NCBI GenBank assembly: GCA_951406725.2
Contig: OX597817.1
Coordinates: 107,136,001-107,200,000, forward strand
Source of the DNA: Octopus vulgaris
Taxonomy: Eukaryota
Reading direction: 5' to 3'
DNA length: 64,000 nt
How positions within the stretch are numbered: position 1 is the first letter of the stretch; each line of letters opens with the position of its first letter. Positions 52,036 to 63,819 of the stretch are shown here, in pieces. Below the pieces are notes generated by a model, which did not search any database, had not been told where the DNA came from, and saw nothing but the letters and a program-made list of their open reading frames with translations. Both the position numbers and the translations under genes were made by a program.

Positions 52036-52479
52036 TCATCATCATCACTTGACAACTGATGTTGGTGTGTTTATGTACCTGTAACATAGTGGTTTGGCAA
52101 AAGAATCCAATACAATAAGTACTAGACTTTAAAAAATAAGTCCTGGGGTCAATTTGTTTGACAAAACCCCTTCAAAGCAGTCTAATGATTGAAACAAGTA
52201 AAAGAATTACATCATTGAAATCTCAAAGCTACAAGGTAATGTGTGATTAATTCAAATCAATGTAAATAGATATTATTTATTACATTTGACAGAGAAATGT
52301 GAATGCTAAAGAGTTAAACTGACTCCTGTAACTTAAGTTTTATTCTATTCTATTAATCCCAGAAGGTAAGGTTAGATCCAAATATGAATTTGGATCAGAA
52401 AAGGTTGCAACTAAATATGACAAAGCGTTTTGTCTGACTAATGACTCTGTCAATTCACCACCCTAACAACAACAATAAT

Positions 52480-53715
52480 AATCCTTTCTGTGATTAACAC
52501 AAAACCAGATATTTAGTGGTGGTGGTAGAGAAATCAGTTGGTTAAATCAATCCGAGTACTTGACTGTTTCTGAAAGGATGAAAGGCAAGTTGACTTTGAC
52601 TAGATTTGAATTCAGAACATTAAGAATTGAAACCATCAAATAATAATTCTTTCTCCTTTAGACACAAAGCTGGAAATTTTGGGGGAGGTGGTTAGTTGAT
52701 TACATCAACCCCAGTGCTCAACTGGTACTTATTGTATTGGCCATGAAAGAATGATAGGCAAAGCTAAGGAGAAACAAAATGCCACTCAGCATTTTGCCCT
52801 GTGCGCTAACAGTTCTGTCAACTTATCTCAAATTCTTTCTATTTGGTACAAAACCAGGAATTTTTTAAGTGAGACGTAAGTGAATTACAGTGCTAAACTG
52901 ATAATTATTTTATTGACCCCAAAATGATGAATAGCAAAGTTGACTTCCATAGGTCTTGAACCAACAATGTAAAGATCTGGAAGAAATGCTGTCATACAAT
53001 TTTGTTCAACATGCTAATGACTGTGCCAGTTCACTGTTTTAATGATAATAATAATACCTCCCACTATAGGCCCAAGGCCTAAAATTTTTTTGGTGGGGGA
53101 TGGCTAGTTACTACCTTGACACAGTGTACAACTGGTATTTATTTCATTGACCTTGAAAGGAAGGAAGTTAAGTTGACCATGGCAGAATTTGAATGTAAAG
53201 ACAGACAAAATGCTGCGAGGTATTTCTTCGGGTGTGCTAACAATTCTGCCAACAAATCACCTTTATAATAATAATAATAATAATAATCCTTTCTGCTATA
53301 GGCATAAAGCCTGACATTTGGGGGAGGGGACAGTAGAGTACATCGACCACAGTACACAGCTAGTACTTATTTTATTGACCCTGAAAGGATGAAAGGGTAA
53401 AGTTAACCTTGACAGAATTTGAACTCAGAATGTAAAGATGGAAGAAATGCAGTGAAGCATTTTGCCCAGTGTGCTACCGATTCTGCCAGCTTGCCACCTC
53501 GGTACAAAACTAGGAATTTTTTAAGTGAGAAGGAAGTCAATTACAGTCCCCTCCCCCAAATTTCAAACTTTGTGTCTATAGCAGAAAGGATCATTATTAT
53601 TATTATTATTATCATCATTATTATTAAGGTTGGCAGAATTGTTAGCACAGCAGAAGAAATGCCTAGCAGCATTTTGTCTGTCTTCACATTCAAATTCTTC
53701 CATGGTCAACTTTAC
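52480..53715. mobile_element. Dense array of about 6-7 family-A SINE copies
   Basis: Repeated actggtacttattttat.gaccc.gaaaggatgaaaggc cores separated by (AAT)n tails. Mostly minus strand, last ones plus. Confidence 0.78.
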
Positions 53716-53719
53716 TTCC

Positions 53720-54600
53720 AAGAGCACTCTGAGAGTGCAAACCTCTGCCAAGGCAACACCAGTGACCTCTCAATGATTAGCTGGAGATTTTTAAAATGAG
53801 AATATCTGAAATACACTTGACTGCTCTCATAAACGAGAATACTAAAAATGAACCCGACCACTCTCAAAAATTAAGTAAAGAAACCAGAAAAATAATCCAG
53901 AATCCTCATCAGGTACCTGATCGATCCCAACGGTAGTCATGGGATGTGAAGGTGGTTGTAGAAAATTTAGTAACTGTAATAAATAGTTTATCCTTATCTA
54001 ATACAAGCCAAAGTTAACAAATTCACCATTCAAAATAGTTTCAAAGGCGGAGGTAATAATAATAAGTTCTACTCAGGAATTTTTAAATGAATAGCATGAG
54101 ACCTTTTGGTTTTCTCTTCTCTTAAATTCCGCTTTCCTTTAGTATTCCTGTTGTTTTAGATCGATGTATATATATATGGAAATATACTGTAAAGTGTTAA
54201 TATGCATATATAATATATATATTATAAAAACATGTTAGTGTTATTTAATTTCTGAACAGTTTTGCTGCCGCTTGTTTATATAGTTTGATTTCTTTATCCA
54301 TCAGTTTCTTCTAAGATAGAGACATGAGTAAAATTAATAATAGAGAAACGAAAATAAAACTTTGGAAACAGCCTAAAGGGAGAAAATTGAGAAAGACTTG
54401 AAGTCAATGTAAGATCGTAATCGTGTAAAGTAAATATAACAAATAATCCAGAATCCTTGTCTGGTACTAGATCGATCCTAAAATCTAATCAGTTCATGCC
54501 AGTCACGAAGCCAAACATCCATGAAAGTTTCATCAGAATCCATCCAGTGGTTCTTGAGATATGACTGAAAACAATACCTCCGCTAAGGCGGAGGTAATAA
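53720..54600. mobile_element. Putative Helentron-type non-autonomous element, partly duplicated
   Basis: Left hairpin gcactctgagagtgc plus acctctgccaagg. Right hairpin acctccgctaaggcggaggtaataa. The motifs aaataatccagaatcct and ggcggaggtaataa each occur twice. Confidence 0.45.
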
Positions 54601-55348
54601 TCCTTTCTACTATAGGCACAAGGCCTGAAATTTGTGGGGGACGGACCGCATTGCGATATCGACCACGCCGTCGGAGCATGGCCGGCATCGGTTCTGACTA
54701 CTACTGCTATCAGTAGAAGGGGGTTGGTATTAAAAGGGTTTACTCGTGGTGGTGGGGGTACTAAATTATAATTATACCTCGTAGATTTTAACTCTCTTCA
54801 CCATGTCGGTCTCAGCAGCCCAGGACAACTCCCTGTCATTAAACCAAAACAAGAATTCACATAAAATTCAAAGGGATATAGTAAATAATTTATCCAGTAA
54901 CTAATTCAGCATCATCATTTATCTAATTTTTCATGCTTGCATGGGTCGGACAGAATTTATTGAAGTAGATTTTTTTACAGCCAGACGCCCTTCCTGTCGC
55001 AAACCCTTACCTATTTTCAAGTAAGGTAATACTTCCATGACCTCACATTTCCACAGAAGATTGGAAAAGGACACAACTTTCAAGAGGGTGATTTTCGTTT
55101 ACAACTATCATATGAAGTCAAGGCGACAGTAACAAACACATACACACAATGGGCTTCTTTCAGTTCTAGTTTACCAAATCCACTCACAAGGTTTTGGTCG
55201 GCCTGGGGCTATAGTAGAATGCACTTGCCCAAGGTGCCCTGCGGTAGAATTGAACCTGAGACTATGAAGTTGGGAAACAAATTTCTTACTGCACAGTCAT
55301 GCCTGTGTCTATCTTGTTCTTGCTGTGAAATGAGTTTTTAACACCTAC

Positions 55349-55574
55349 CTTGCCTTGATGAAAACATATATCGAGAATCTTGTTGACTGAACCATTCTGT
55401 GGAACTTTGAAGTATATTGTTGTCCAACCAAAGTTGATGAAGACCTTTAAGGAGGTGTACAAACTCATTGTCAACTCGGTCACTACTAAACCAGTTACTA
55501 CAATGCAGGATTTTTTTAACGATGATTTCTATATTTTGAATAGATTGTTCGAAATACGTGCTTTTTTGAATCAT
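55349..55574 (-). CDS. Uncharacterised gene 2, probable first coding exon
   Basis: ATG at 55574 and donor caag|gtaggt. Phase 1 matches the phase-1 entry of exon 50420. Encodes MIQKSTYFEQ...MFSSRQ. Confidence 0.55.
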
Positions 55575-55685
55575 TATTTCCTAGTTCGCGCTATGGGGAA
55601 TCTACTTGAAATATTTTGCCTTAACCAAGCAAATACTTATAATTTCCCCCTTAAAACTAAGTTTGTTTTGCGAGTTTATTTCACT

Positions 55686-55698
55686 GTTACCAAGGACG
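55686..55698 (-). promoter_or_regulatory. Degenerate RFX X-box-like motif upstream of gene 2
   Basis: GTTACCAAGGACG lies about 112 bp upstream of the ATG and has one good half-site. Confidence 0.3.
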
Positions 55699-56385
55699 TC
55701 GTCAAACATAAAGGGAATTAACTCATGCTTGCATTACGAGACAACCCTTTCATTTAAAATATCTGTGAAAAGGCAGCAAGCTAGTGGAAACACGTGCACG
55801 TCGGACAAAATGCTTATCAGCATTTGTTCTGCTACTTTATATTTCTCAGCTCAACTTCCGCCGAGGGCGACTTTGCCTCTCATTCTTTCGGGGTTGATGA
55901 AATAAAGTACAATCAAGTACTGGGGTCGATGTAATCGATTATTCCTCTCCCATAAAATTTCAGGCCTTGTGCCTATTGTAGAAAGAAAGATAGATAGATA
56001 GAGAGACGGGAATGGAGAGAAAGAGAGAGGCTAACATTAGATTGTATAACATCAGCAATTTTTATACAATTTGATGTAAAATTTCGATGAAGGAACTACA
56101 AGTTCAAAACGAGAAGAAGAAAAAAAGCTGGAGAATGTATATATTTTCCTGATATGGTATTCTCTACCCTAAATTGTTGATTCAAATCAATAAATATTTT
56201 CACAAGGCTTTACATTCAAAAGGCAAACAAAATATAGTAGGCTCTGTGATATCAATTTATTGTTTTATTGCATGACAAGATTGTCAGATTTTTATTTAGC
56301 TGTTGCTTAGTTCAAGCTCAGCTCTGGTTGAGCAGACATACCTAGAATTAGCTTGTCAAATGTGTCCTTCCAGCTTTATTTTTAA

Positions 56386-56602
56386 CCCTTTAATTTTAAA
56401 CTGGCCATATCTGGCCCAAATATTATACCTGTTTCATGTACAGACTGGCCATTTTCAGCCTCTCACATCTACCCTACAATGTCATTCTAAGAATAAAAGA
56501 GCACATCATGGAAATCTCAAAGCTATCAGATAATGTATGATTAATTCACAACAATGTGAATGAACAAGCATTACATTAAACAGAATAATCTGAATGCTAG
56601 AG
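56386..56602. mobile_element. Second piggyBac-type MITE family
   Basis: Ends ttaa|cccttta.. and ..tgctagag|ttaa. A partial copy lies at about 52210-52316. Confidence 0.55.
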
Positions 56603-57557
56603 TTAAGATGTGTGATCTAATGGAATTTGGCTGATATTTGTAGCTTGTTGAATGATCACAAATGAGCTCCCTCATGAAATTATTAATATTTAGTTGTTAA
56701 ATTTGAATAGCCCCAGTCACACCCTCATGGGATCATAGCATGGAAAAAACAGATTAAAAAAAAATCATTCACTCATGTAATTTTCATTTCAGAGGATTCA
56801 GTCCTAAGGTTTAGGGATTGAAATATGGGGTTCTCTTCGTAAAGCTAATGGTAAATTTGTTAAAGAAATATCCTTACTAAACCAAAGTAGCTGTTAATTG
56901 TGAAAATATTAGACTAGCACTAACAATATATTGGACAGTTTATGAGAACACAGAGGTTATATTTTCACAAGATCATACTTCAACAGCTACCATTATGTTG
57001 TAACAATTTCATTAAATAATATTCATTCCATACTTTGAAGTATACCAAACAGGACATCATGACAAGCATTATTTCATCTTTGCGTTGGAATGGTGGAATC
57101 ATTGAGGTGTTGGACAAAATGTTTTGCAGTATTTAGTTATGGTCCTTTACATTCTGATTTCAAATCTCACTGAGATCGACTTTGGCCTTCATTATTTTGG
57201 GTTAATAAAAAAGTAGCAATCATGTACAAAGGTTGATGTAATCTATTTAACCTCAAAATTTTGCTCCTTGTGTCTTCTTTAGAAATATTACTTCTGGCTC
57301 TAAGCTCTGGTTTCAAATCCTGCTGAGGTTAACTTAGACTTTTATCCTTCCAGGGTTGATCAATCAAGTAATAAGGTCAAATTAATCAGCTAACTTTTCT
57401 CATCAAACTTCAGCCTCTGTACTTGTGTCAGAGAAAATATTTTTTTTTGGTATAAAAGCTGGCTAGTCCCTAACTACATGACAATACTTACTACTGAATA
57501 AATAAAATGACAGCACTAACACATTCTGTGTCATCTGCAAATAAAAGAAGGAAAATA

Positions 57558-57772
57558 GGTGGCAAGCTGGTAGAAATGTTAGCACACTGGGAGAAATGCT
57601 TAGCGGTATTTCGTCTGTCTTTACATTCTGAGTTCAAATTCCACCAAGGTCGACTTTGCCTTTCATCCTTTTGGGGTCGATAGATTAAGTACCAGTTGCA
57701 TACTAGGGTCAATCTAATTGACTGGCCCCCTCACCCAAAATTTCAGGCCTTGTGCCTAGAGTAGAAAAGAAT
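57558..57772 (+). mobile_element. Family-A SINE, full length
   Basis: ggtggcaagctggtagaa head, B-box gagttcaaattcc, conserved gcctttcatcc core. Confidence 0.85.
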
Positions 57773-59778
57773 GGCTGTGCCACTTGATACAATTTGTGGC
57801 ATTTAAAGAAATAAATTTCATAATATTCAAGAGTGCAAGTTAATTTCAGTATAAATGAGTCAGTTCAAATCAAGTGTTTTCAAGACTGAATACTATAGAA
57901 AGAGTCACTAATATAATTTACTTCTTCCATATGGTTTTGTATTAATACAAATAGGCTTGTTTCTATAGGTAACTTGTACATTGTTATTGTTTTCCACTTT
58001 ACAATCCTTGGTTTTGTTATCCGTTGTAAGCATAAAACAATGTTCCAATCTGGCATCTATACTGTCAAGATAAAAACTGCCAATAGCTAACACTGTTTTC
58101 AAGCAAGATGTGTAGTTGCATGGTTATATTAACAAGCCAACAAGAAACAACAGCCAAATATTCTGCTAATCAAACGCTACTGTTTTTGGAAAGCAGCGGA
58201 CATATTGGATAGTCATACATATACCTATAATGATGGGGTGGTTATGGATGGAGTGACACTGACCATAGATTTGCTCAATCAAAGCTGACTTCTGATTAAA
58301 CAAATTTCAGATAGACATAAATATAATAGCATTAGAATACTTTGTACCAACATCTGAAAGTTATATTAGCCTTACAATTTTCAATGTAGAAATCTCGGAA
58401 ATCCTATTATGTATACAGCAATGTAGTTGTTTAACTCAAAGCAGACCTGATCTGGTAAACCTTTGGTTAAGGATATTCTATCCTTCATCAACATACCATT
58501 TAATCAGGTACAATGTTTCTCGGATTACATCATCTAATATATCCTTTCTTTTTTAAAGACACTAAAGTTTGGTTTTGTGAGAGAGATATGATTGCTATTT
58601 CTAGCAGGTTGAAGGATGAGCAAACCACACTTGTGTCAATACAGTTGCAATTGTATTACTTGAAAGTTGGCGGGAAAAAGTTATATCAAGGGTTTGGTGC
58701 AATGTTTCCATTTAAAAATGACCCCCACCCCGCCAAAAAACCCACAAAACAAATCTAAGGTGTCAGTTATCTTTATGTTTTTTTTTTTACTGGATAGTTC
58801 TTTTAGTAATTTTATTTCATATGTAGTGAACAGTTAATTTGATGGACTAGTACACCTGTCACTGTTTCCAACTTACCAGTTCTACCTGCTTGTAGCTAAA
58901 GGACAGTTTATAGTCTTGGACTAAACACAGAACAGTACTTATGAATGAGACACACTAAATCTTCAGCTGTGAGGTAGCAAACTGTAGCCTTGGCCTGTTC
59001 TGATTTGCAGTATTATTCATTATTGCAATATCATTTCATCAAATACTGAGGATTTGGACTCATCTGTTTCATCAAATTTCTAGCAACATATTCACTCTCC
59101 TCTTTCATTTGTATTTCATTCAGGTCTCCAAGTCTAAAAACAGTTTGTGCAGGAGTTTAAAGACTTTTCATGTGAGAAGTGTCAAACCGGTCATATTTTA
59201 CTGATAATTTGATAAAATTACCAAAGTCAATTTGATAAAATTACCTACAAAATATTATCACCACACAAGAAAAAAAGTAAACAATGAAGTATGTGTGTGA
59301 ACTTTAAGGGATCTTTAAGGTAACTGTAATAAATCAAGTAGAAGGCATCTATATACTATTTAACTAAATATAAAGTTTGAAAAAATGGAAAATTGGGCAG
59401 GTTTAAATTGGTAAGTGAATAACAAATTTTAAGCTAGTGAAATTGTAACTTGGCACTTTTATAAATGACCCAAAGTATTTAAAGTAACTACAAGAGACTC
59501 TGAAAGATTAGTGTTGGACTATGTAAATCCAAAATGTAATAAAATAAAATATTAAAAAATCGTTGTAAAAGATTATTTAGCAAATAAACATTAAAAAATA
59601 ACCAATTTAGTGCTTTTTGATATTGGTTAGCTAATTTGAATATGTCTTTTTAATTTATAAAATTAACTAGATTCCAGTATATAGCAAAATGAATTGGACC
59701 CAAGGACTTCAGAAGTTGTCTGGTGTAAGATTCTTGTTATTCATTGCTGTAAAGATTAAATTACCTTGTAAATGAAAT

Positions 59779-60921
59779 TCATAAAAAGAAATGTTTCCCT
59801 TGAATACTTAAAGACTTTCCAGGTTTTTGTGAGCTTGCGAGTCTTGATATATATGCTTTTGGTTCTTTTCCATCAATTGCATAGCCGACGCACATACTTG
59901 AGGTGCAGTGTGCCGACACAAGTTCAATTTCATTAGCTTCTACTAATTTTATGAGCAATGCACCAGCATACTTATCTTTAATATTGCTCAGTAAAGGGGA
60001 TCCGAAAAACTTCCGCTCAAAAGCTTTGTTAACAGCTAATGTTGTATCCTCTTCAGAGAGAATACACTCGGCAAATTCTTTTGCAAAAATGGTCCTGATA
60101 AGATATTCACCGGTGCCAGATGTTACAACCCCAATACCAGCTGAATCCGCAGTATTATTAGCCGCCCAGCAACCAGCACCAAAAACAGCTGCGGAACCTA
60201 GCCGACCAGGTTGTTTTAGAGATAGTCCACCACTAGATACAGCACAAGCAATATTCCCTTGTTTATCTACACATATGGCACCGACTGTATCTTGGTGCTG
60301 AGAAATGTCATCACTGTTTTCAACTTCTTCAATGTTGGAAGACGAATCTTTTCTATGATTTACAACCGATTTCTTTTCAAGATATTTTCTTTTAGCTTTA
60401 CAAATAAGCCGGTTATCAAGTGCCAAAAGCTTTTGTTTGTAGTTTTCATAAGTCTTTTGTGATGATTCTGTTACGAGAATGCTATCGGACACATGGTTTA
60501 AACCTTGCTTCAGAGCCCAGTCATAAGCTCCTCGTCCGACTAGAATACTCGGAGGGACTCTACCAAGAGATAATCCTTTCAGCTGAGCATCAATTAATGT
60601 TTTTGCTATACATACAGGATTTTTTATACCAGATACAGCGCCAACAGCTCCATAAGCCCTTGTATGTCCGTCCATTACAGAGGCATCACATTCTACGGTT
60701 CCATTTAGTGTTAAATTCGAGCCAATTCCGGCATTTGTACATGTCGCATCTTCCAAAACTGCTAGAACTGAAACTACAGCATTCAGTGCTGATACGTTAT
60801 TTTTCAATGACTTAATTCCGACTTGGCAGGCAGTCTTACTAGTTTTAGTATAATCAGTTTCTTTAGAAAAAGAATGATAGCCAGCTCCAGCATGAACAGC
60901 AACAAAAGGTTTCATCGCCAT
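59779..60921 (-). CDS. TASP1: Threonine aspartase 1 (taspase 1), single coding exon, 380 aa
   Basis: Type-2 asparaginase/Ntn-hydrolase motifs FVAVHAGAG, TNAGIGSNL..VECDASVMDG, autocleavage QD/TVGA, SSGG..LKQPGRLG.AA..GAGCWA and TSGTGEYL. Basic loop KAKRK..KK. Start context aacaaaATGG. Confidence 0.95.
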   Translation of the reverse strand: MAMKPFVAVHAGAGYHSFSKETDYTKTSKTACQVGIKSLKNNVSALNAVVSVLAVLEDATCTNAGIGSNLTLNGTVECDASVMDGHTRAYGAVGAVSGIKNPVCIAKTLIDAQLKGLSLGRVPPSILVGRGAYDWALKQGLNHVSDSILVTESSQKTYENYKQKLLALDNRLICKAKRKYLEKKSVVNHRKDSSSNIEEVENSDDISQHQDTVGAICVDKQGNIACAVSSGGLSLKQPGRLGSAAVFGAGCWAANNTADSAGIGVVTSGTGEYLIRTIFAKEFAECILSEEDTTLAVNKAFERKFFGSPLLSNIKDKYAGALLIKLVEANEIELVSAHCTSSMCVGYAIDGKEPKAYISRLASSQKPGKSLSIQGKHFFL

Positions 60922-60924
60922 TTT
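60916..60924 (+). promoter_or_regulatory. YY1-like motif overlapping the TASP1 start codon
   Basis: CGCCATTTT matches the YY1 consensus, but it also follows simply from the Kozak context. Confidence 0.3.
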
Positions 60925-62185
60925 GTTGTGAGTGTTCCCCCTTTAACATCATAGTTATTTCCCTTGAATTAGGAAGTTTTTCACTTCCGAAAGCATATCT
61001 TTCTTGATGCGGTCTGCTATATTTTTTATTTTTTTATTAACCACAGGGGGCTAAACATAGAGGGAACAAACAAGGACAGACAAAGGGATTATGTCGATTA
61101 CATTGACCTCAGTGTGTAACTGGTACTTATTTAATCGACCCCGAAAGGATGAAAGGCAAACTCGACCTCGGCGGAATTTGAATTCAGAACGTAGACAGAC
61201 GAAATACTGTTAAACATTTCGCCCGGCGTGCTAACGTTTCTTGTTATCGTTAGTGTGTAGACCAAATCGGTCCAATACATCAAATCTATGATGAAAAGCA
61301 TTCTAGTGATAATCATACAGTCTTTTTGTATAAGACAATGCACCATCCTTTGTTTTCATATATTTTTAAGACATAAGGATATGATTTGAGGGAGATTTGA
61401 CTGCTATTGCATGTAGGCCTAACAACATGGGAGCCATATCGCATAGGTATTTTTCTATATCTAAATGGTATATCTAATGAATGAAAACGATTCCCTTACT
61501 GTCACCGATATTCAGAAAGCAAACAGCAAAATATTACAAAATTTAATGAAGCAGTGAAAGATGAGCAAGCACCATGTTTATGCATAAATTAAAATTAAGG
61601 AAGAAAGTGATTGAATAAATCATTATGCACCCTCTTCTCTTTACGTTTCCCTCCTCACTTTTCTCTCCTTATTCTTCCATCTACCTTATCTTCTCTCCTT
61701 GCTTTTCCACCCACTCACTTTTTCACCTTCAAATTTCTATCACCTCTCTTTATCTCCCTTTATCTCATTTCCCAAAATTTCATCTTTCTTCATACCTCTC
61801 CCGTCCACGCACACACACACACGCGCTAATTATATCTAAACGAATGAAAGAGTTGGTAGAATAAAGTTAACCAAAAATAGGATGGAATATTTGAACAGCG
61901 TCAATTTCCCGGTACTTTCGGTTCAAGGCTCGTTCCGGTTTATCCATTTTAGCCGATTAACAGATGGAACATAGTAAAAAATCTGGGTAAATTCTTTGCA
62001 GACTTTCGCCTCGTTATTAATCAATGTTTTGATAAATCTTCACAATACACCTTTCATGCTGGGATTCACAACACAGCGAAGGCAAGTTTTCTATAAATTT
62101 GCTACACACGTACAGGGAGAGAACCTTAGGTAGGGTAGCATATGATTGATTTAAGATAAAATCAAACATTATGTGTTACCCTATC

Positions 62186-62189
<4 letters not shown>

Positions 62190-62278
<89 letters not shown>
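62190..62278. repeat. (CT)n microsatellite
   Basis: Perfect CT run of about 88 bp. Confidence 0.95.
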
Positions 62279-62282
<4 letters not shown>

Positions 62283-62325
62283 GCTATTAAGCAAATAATA
62301 CGAACATTTGCGTCTTCATATTATT

Positions 62326-62538
62326 GGTTTCAAATTCTAGCACAAGGCCAGAAATTTCGGGGAAGGGGCTGAGTCGATTGGCTCGACCCGAGTGTTCGAC
62401 TGGTACTTATTTTATCGACACCAAAAGGGATGAAAGGTAAAGTCGACCTCGGCGGAATTTGAACTCAGAACGTAAAGACGGACAAAATACTGCTAAGCAT
62501 TTTGCCCGGCGTGCTAACGATTCTGCCTGCTGGCCACC
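62326..62538 (-). mobile_element. Family-A SINE with 18-bp TSD
   Basis: TSD ttgcgtctt(c/t)atattatt at 62308-62325 and 62539-62556. Confidence 0.88.
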
Positions 62539-62557
62539 TTGCGTCTTTATATTATTA

Positions 62558-63203
62558 CGAGCAAAATGCCCCCCACCCGTCCAATGGACGGTGCTGAGTT
62601 GTCAAACATTTAAACCAAATTTTCTCAAAACAACTTGTCCGACCGTCCCATAGGCCTCCTCTTTGAGAAACACTGATTTAACCTAAATTTGAGACACCAG
62701 CAAAAGAAGAAATAAAGATAGATTTTTTTTTCTATTCCAAAGAAAAACGATTTTATTCACACAAATATGCAACCGAAGAGTTTAAAGTACCAGCAATGAT
62801 AAGGCTGTTGACTGGGAGAACACAAACATGGTTTAAACAGTAAGCTTGGCAGGAAAGAAACGTGCCTTTAAGCAGTACAAAAACAACAAAAAATGGAAGG
62901 TGCAGTTATGTACAGGTTGACAGAAGAAAATCAGGACAAACACGATGCATGCAAATGGGTTACTGGAGGTAAATCTAGATGAAAACTTGATCGCATCAGC
63001 TGATGTACTTGCGCGTACAAATGCACGTTCCCACGGCTTTATCGGTCGCATTCTCACTAGGAATCGATTTTTGTAATTTTTCAAGACTTATACACGCCCT
63101 GATACCGTCAGTATCTACATATCAAATTCGAGCGCAATCCGATGGAGGATGACTGAGATCATAGAAGACACACAGACAGACAGAACGGATTTTATATAAT
63201 AGA
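62558..63203 (-). mobile_element. Non-autonomous Helitron
   Basis: On the minus strand it starts a|TCtattatataaaatccgttctgtctgtc and ends with hairpin ccgtccattggacgg followed by CTCG|t. Confidence 0.7.
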
Positions 63204-63819
63204 TAGTTCGGTGAAAGAAACTGTGTTTCCGCCTTCATGATATGTTACTAGGAAAGACACGGATGTGTATCATGTTGGCTTGGTAGCAAAATAGTTAATA
63301 ATAGTGGTCGCGGGAAATTTTAGTGATCTCACATAATTATGTAAGAATTAACAGAAGTACCTGATCATCAGTTGCCGGAAAATCGGTCGTGTATGTATAA
63401 TCTCAAATGCTAAAGGTCAAGTCTAAGGACTTAAGAATGTGAAGATACAAACAAAACAAATTGCTACCTTTTCGTAAATATACCATTAAAATATATGATT
63501 ACCAACATCCATGAAACTTCATTAATCCAAACTTTCTGTTGACTTCTCAAACTGTTTTTATCAAAGCAAAAAGAAACAAGAAGAAATAGAAAAGATAATT
63601 TAAATTTATTTCATATACACCTTTAAAGCGCGCGCGTATGTGTGTGTGTGCATGTGTATGGAAGAATATGTTGATTTCTGCTAAGTAATAACCATACATC
63701 GCCTTGGAGGGATATGGTTTTTTATTGCTTGTTTGTGTATTGGTGTGGGTCCATCCATCCATCCACCCAATTTATTTTTAGCGCTAATGTTAATATTCTT
63801 TTATTGAAATATAACACAT

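Noticed and set aside
55380-55905. Plus-strand ORFs of 113 and 99 aa
   Set aside because: They have no motifs. They overlap the antisense first exon of gene 2 and a SINE, and the minus-strand reading has phase-compatible splice support.
59903-60815. Plus-strand ORFs of 132, 67 and 131 aa
   Set aside because: They are antisense shadows of TASP1 with no recognisable motifs.
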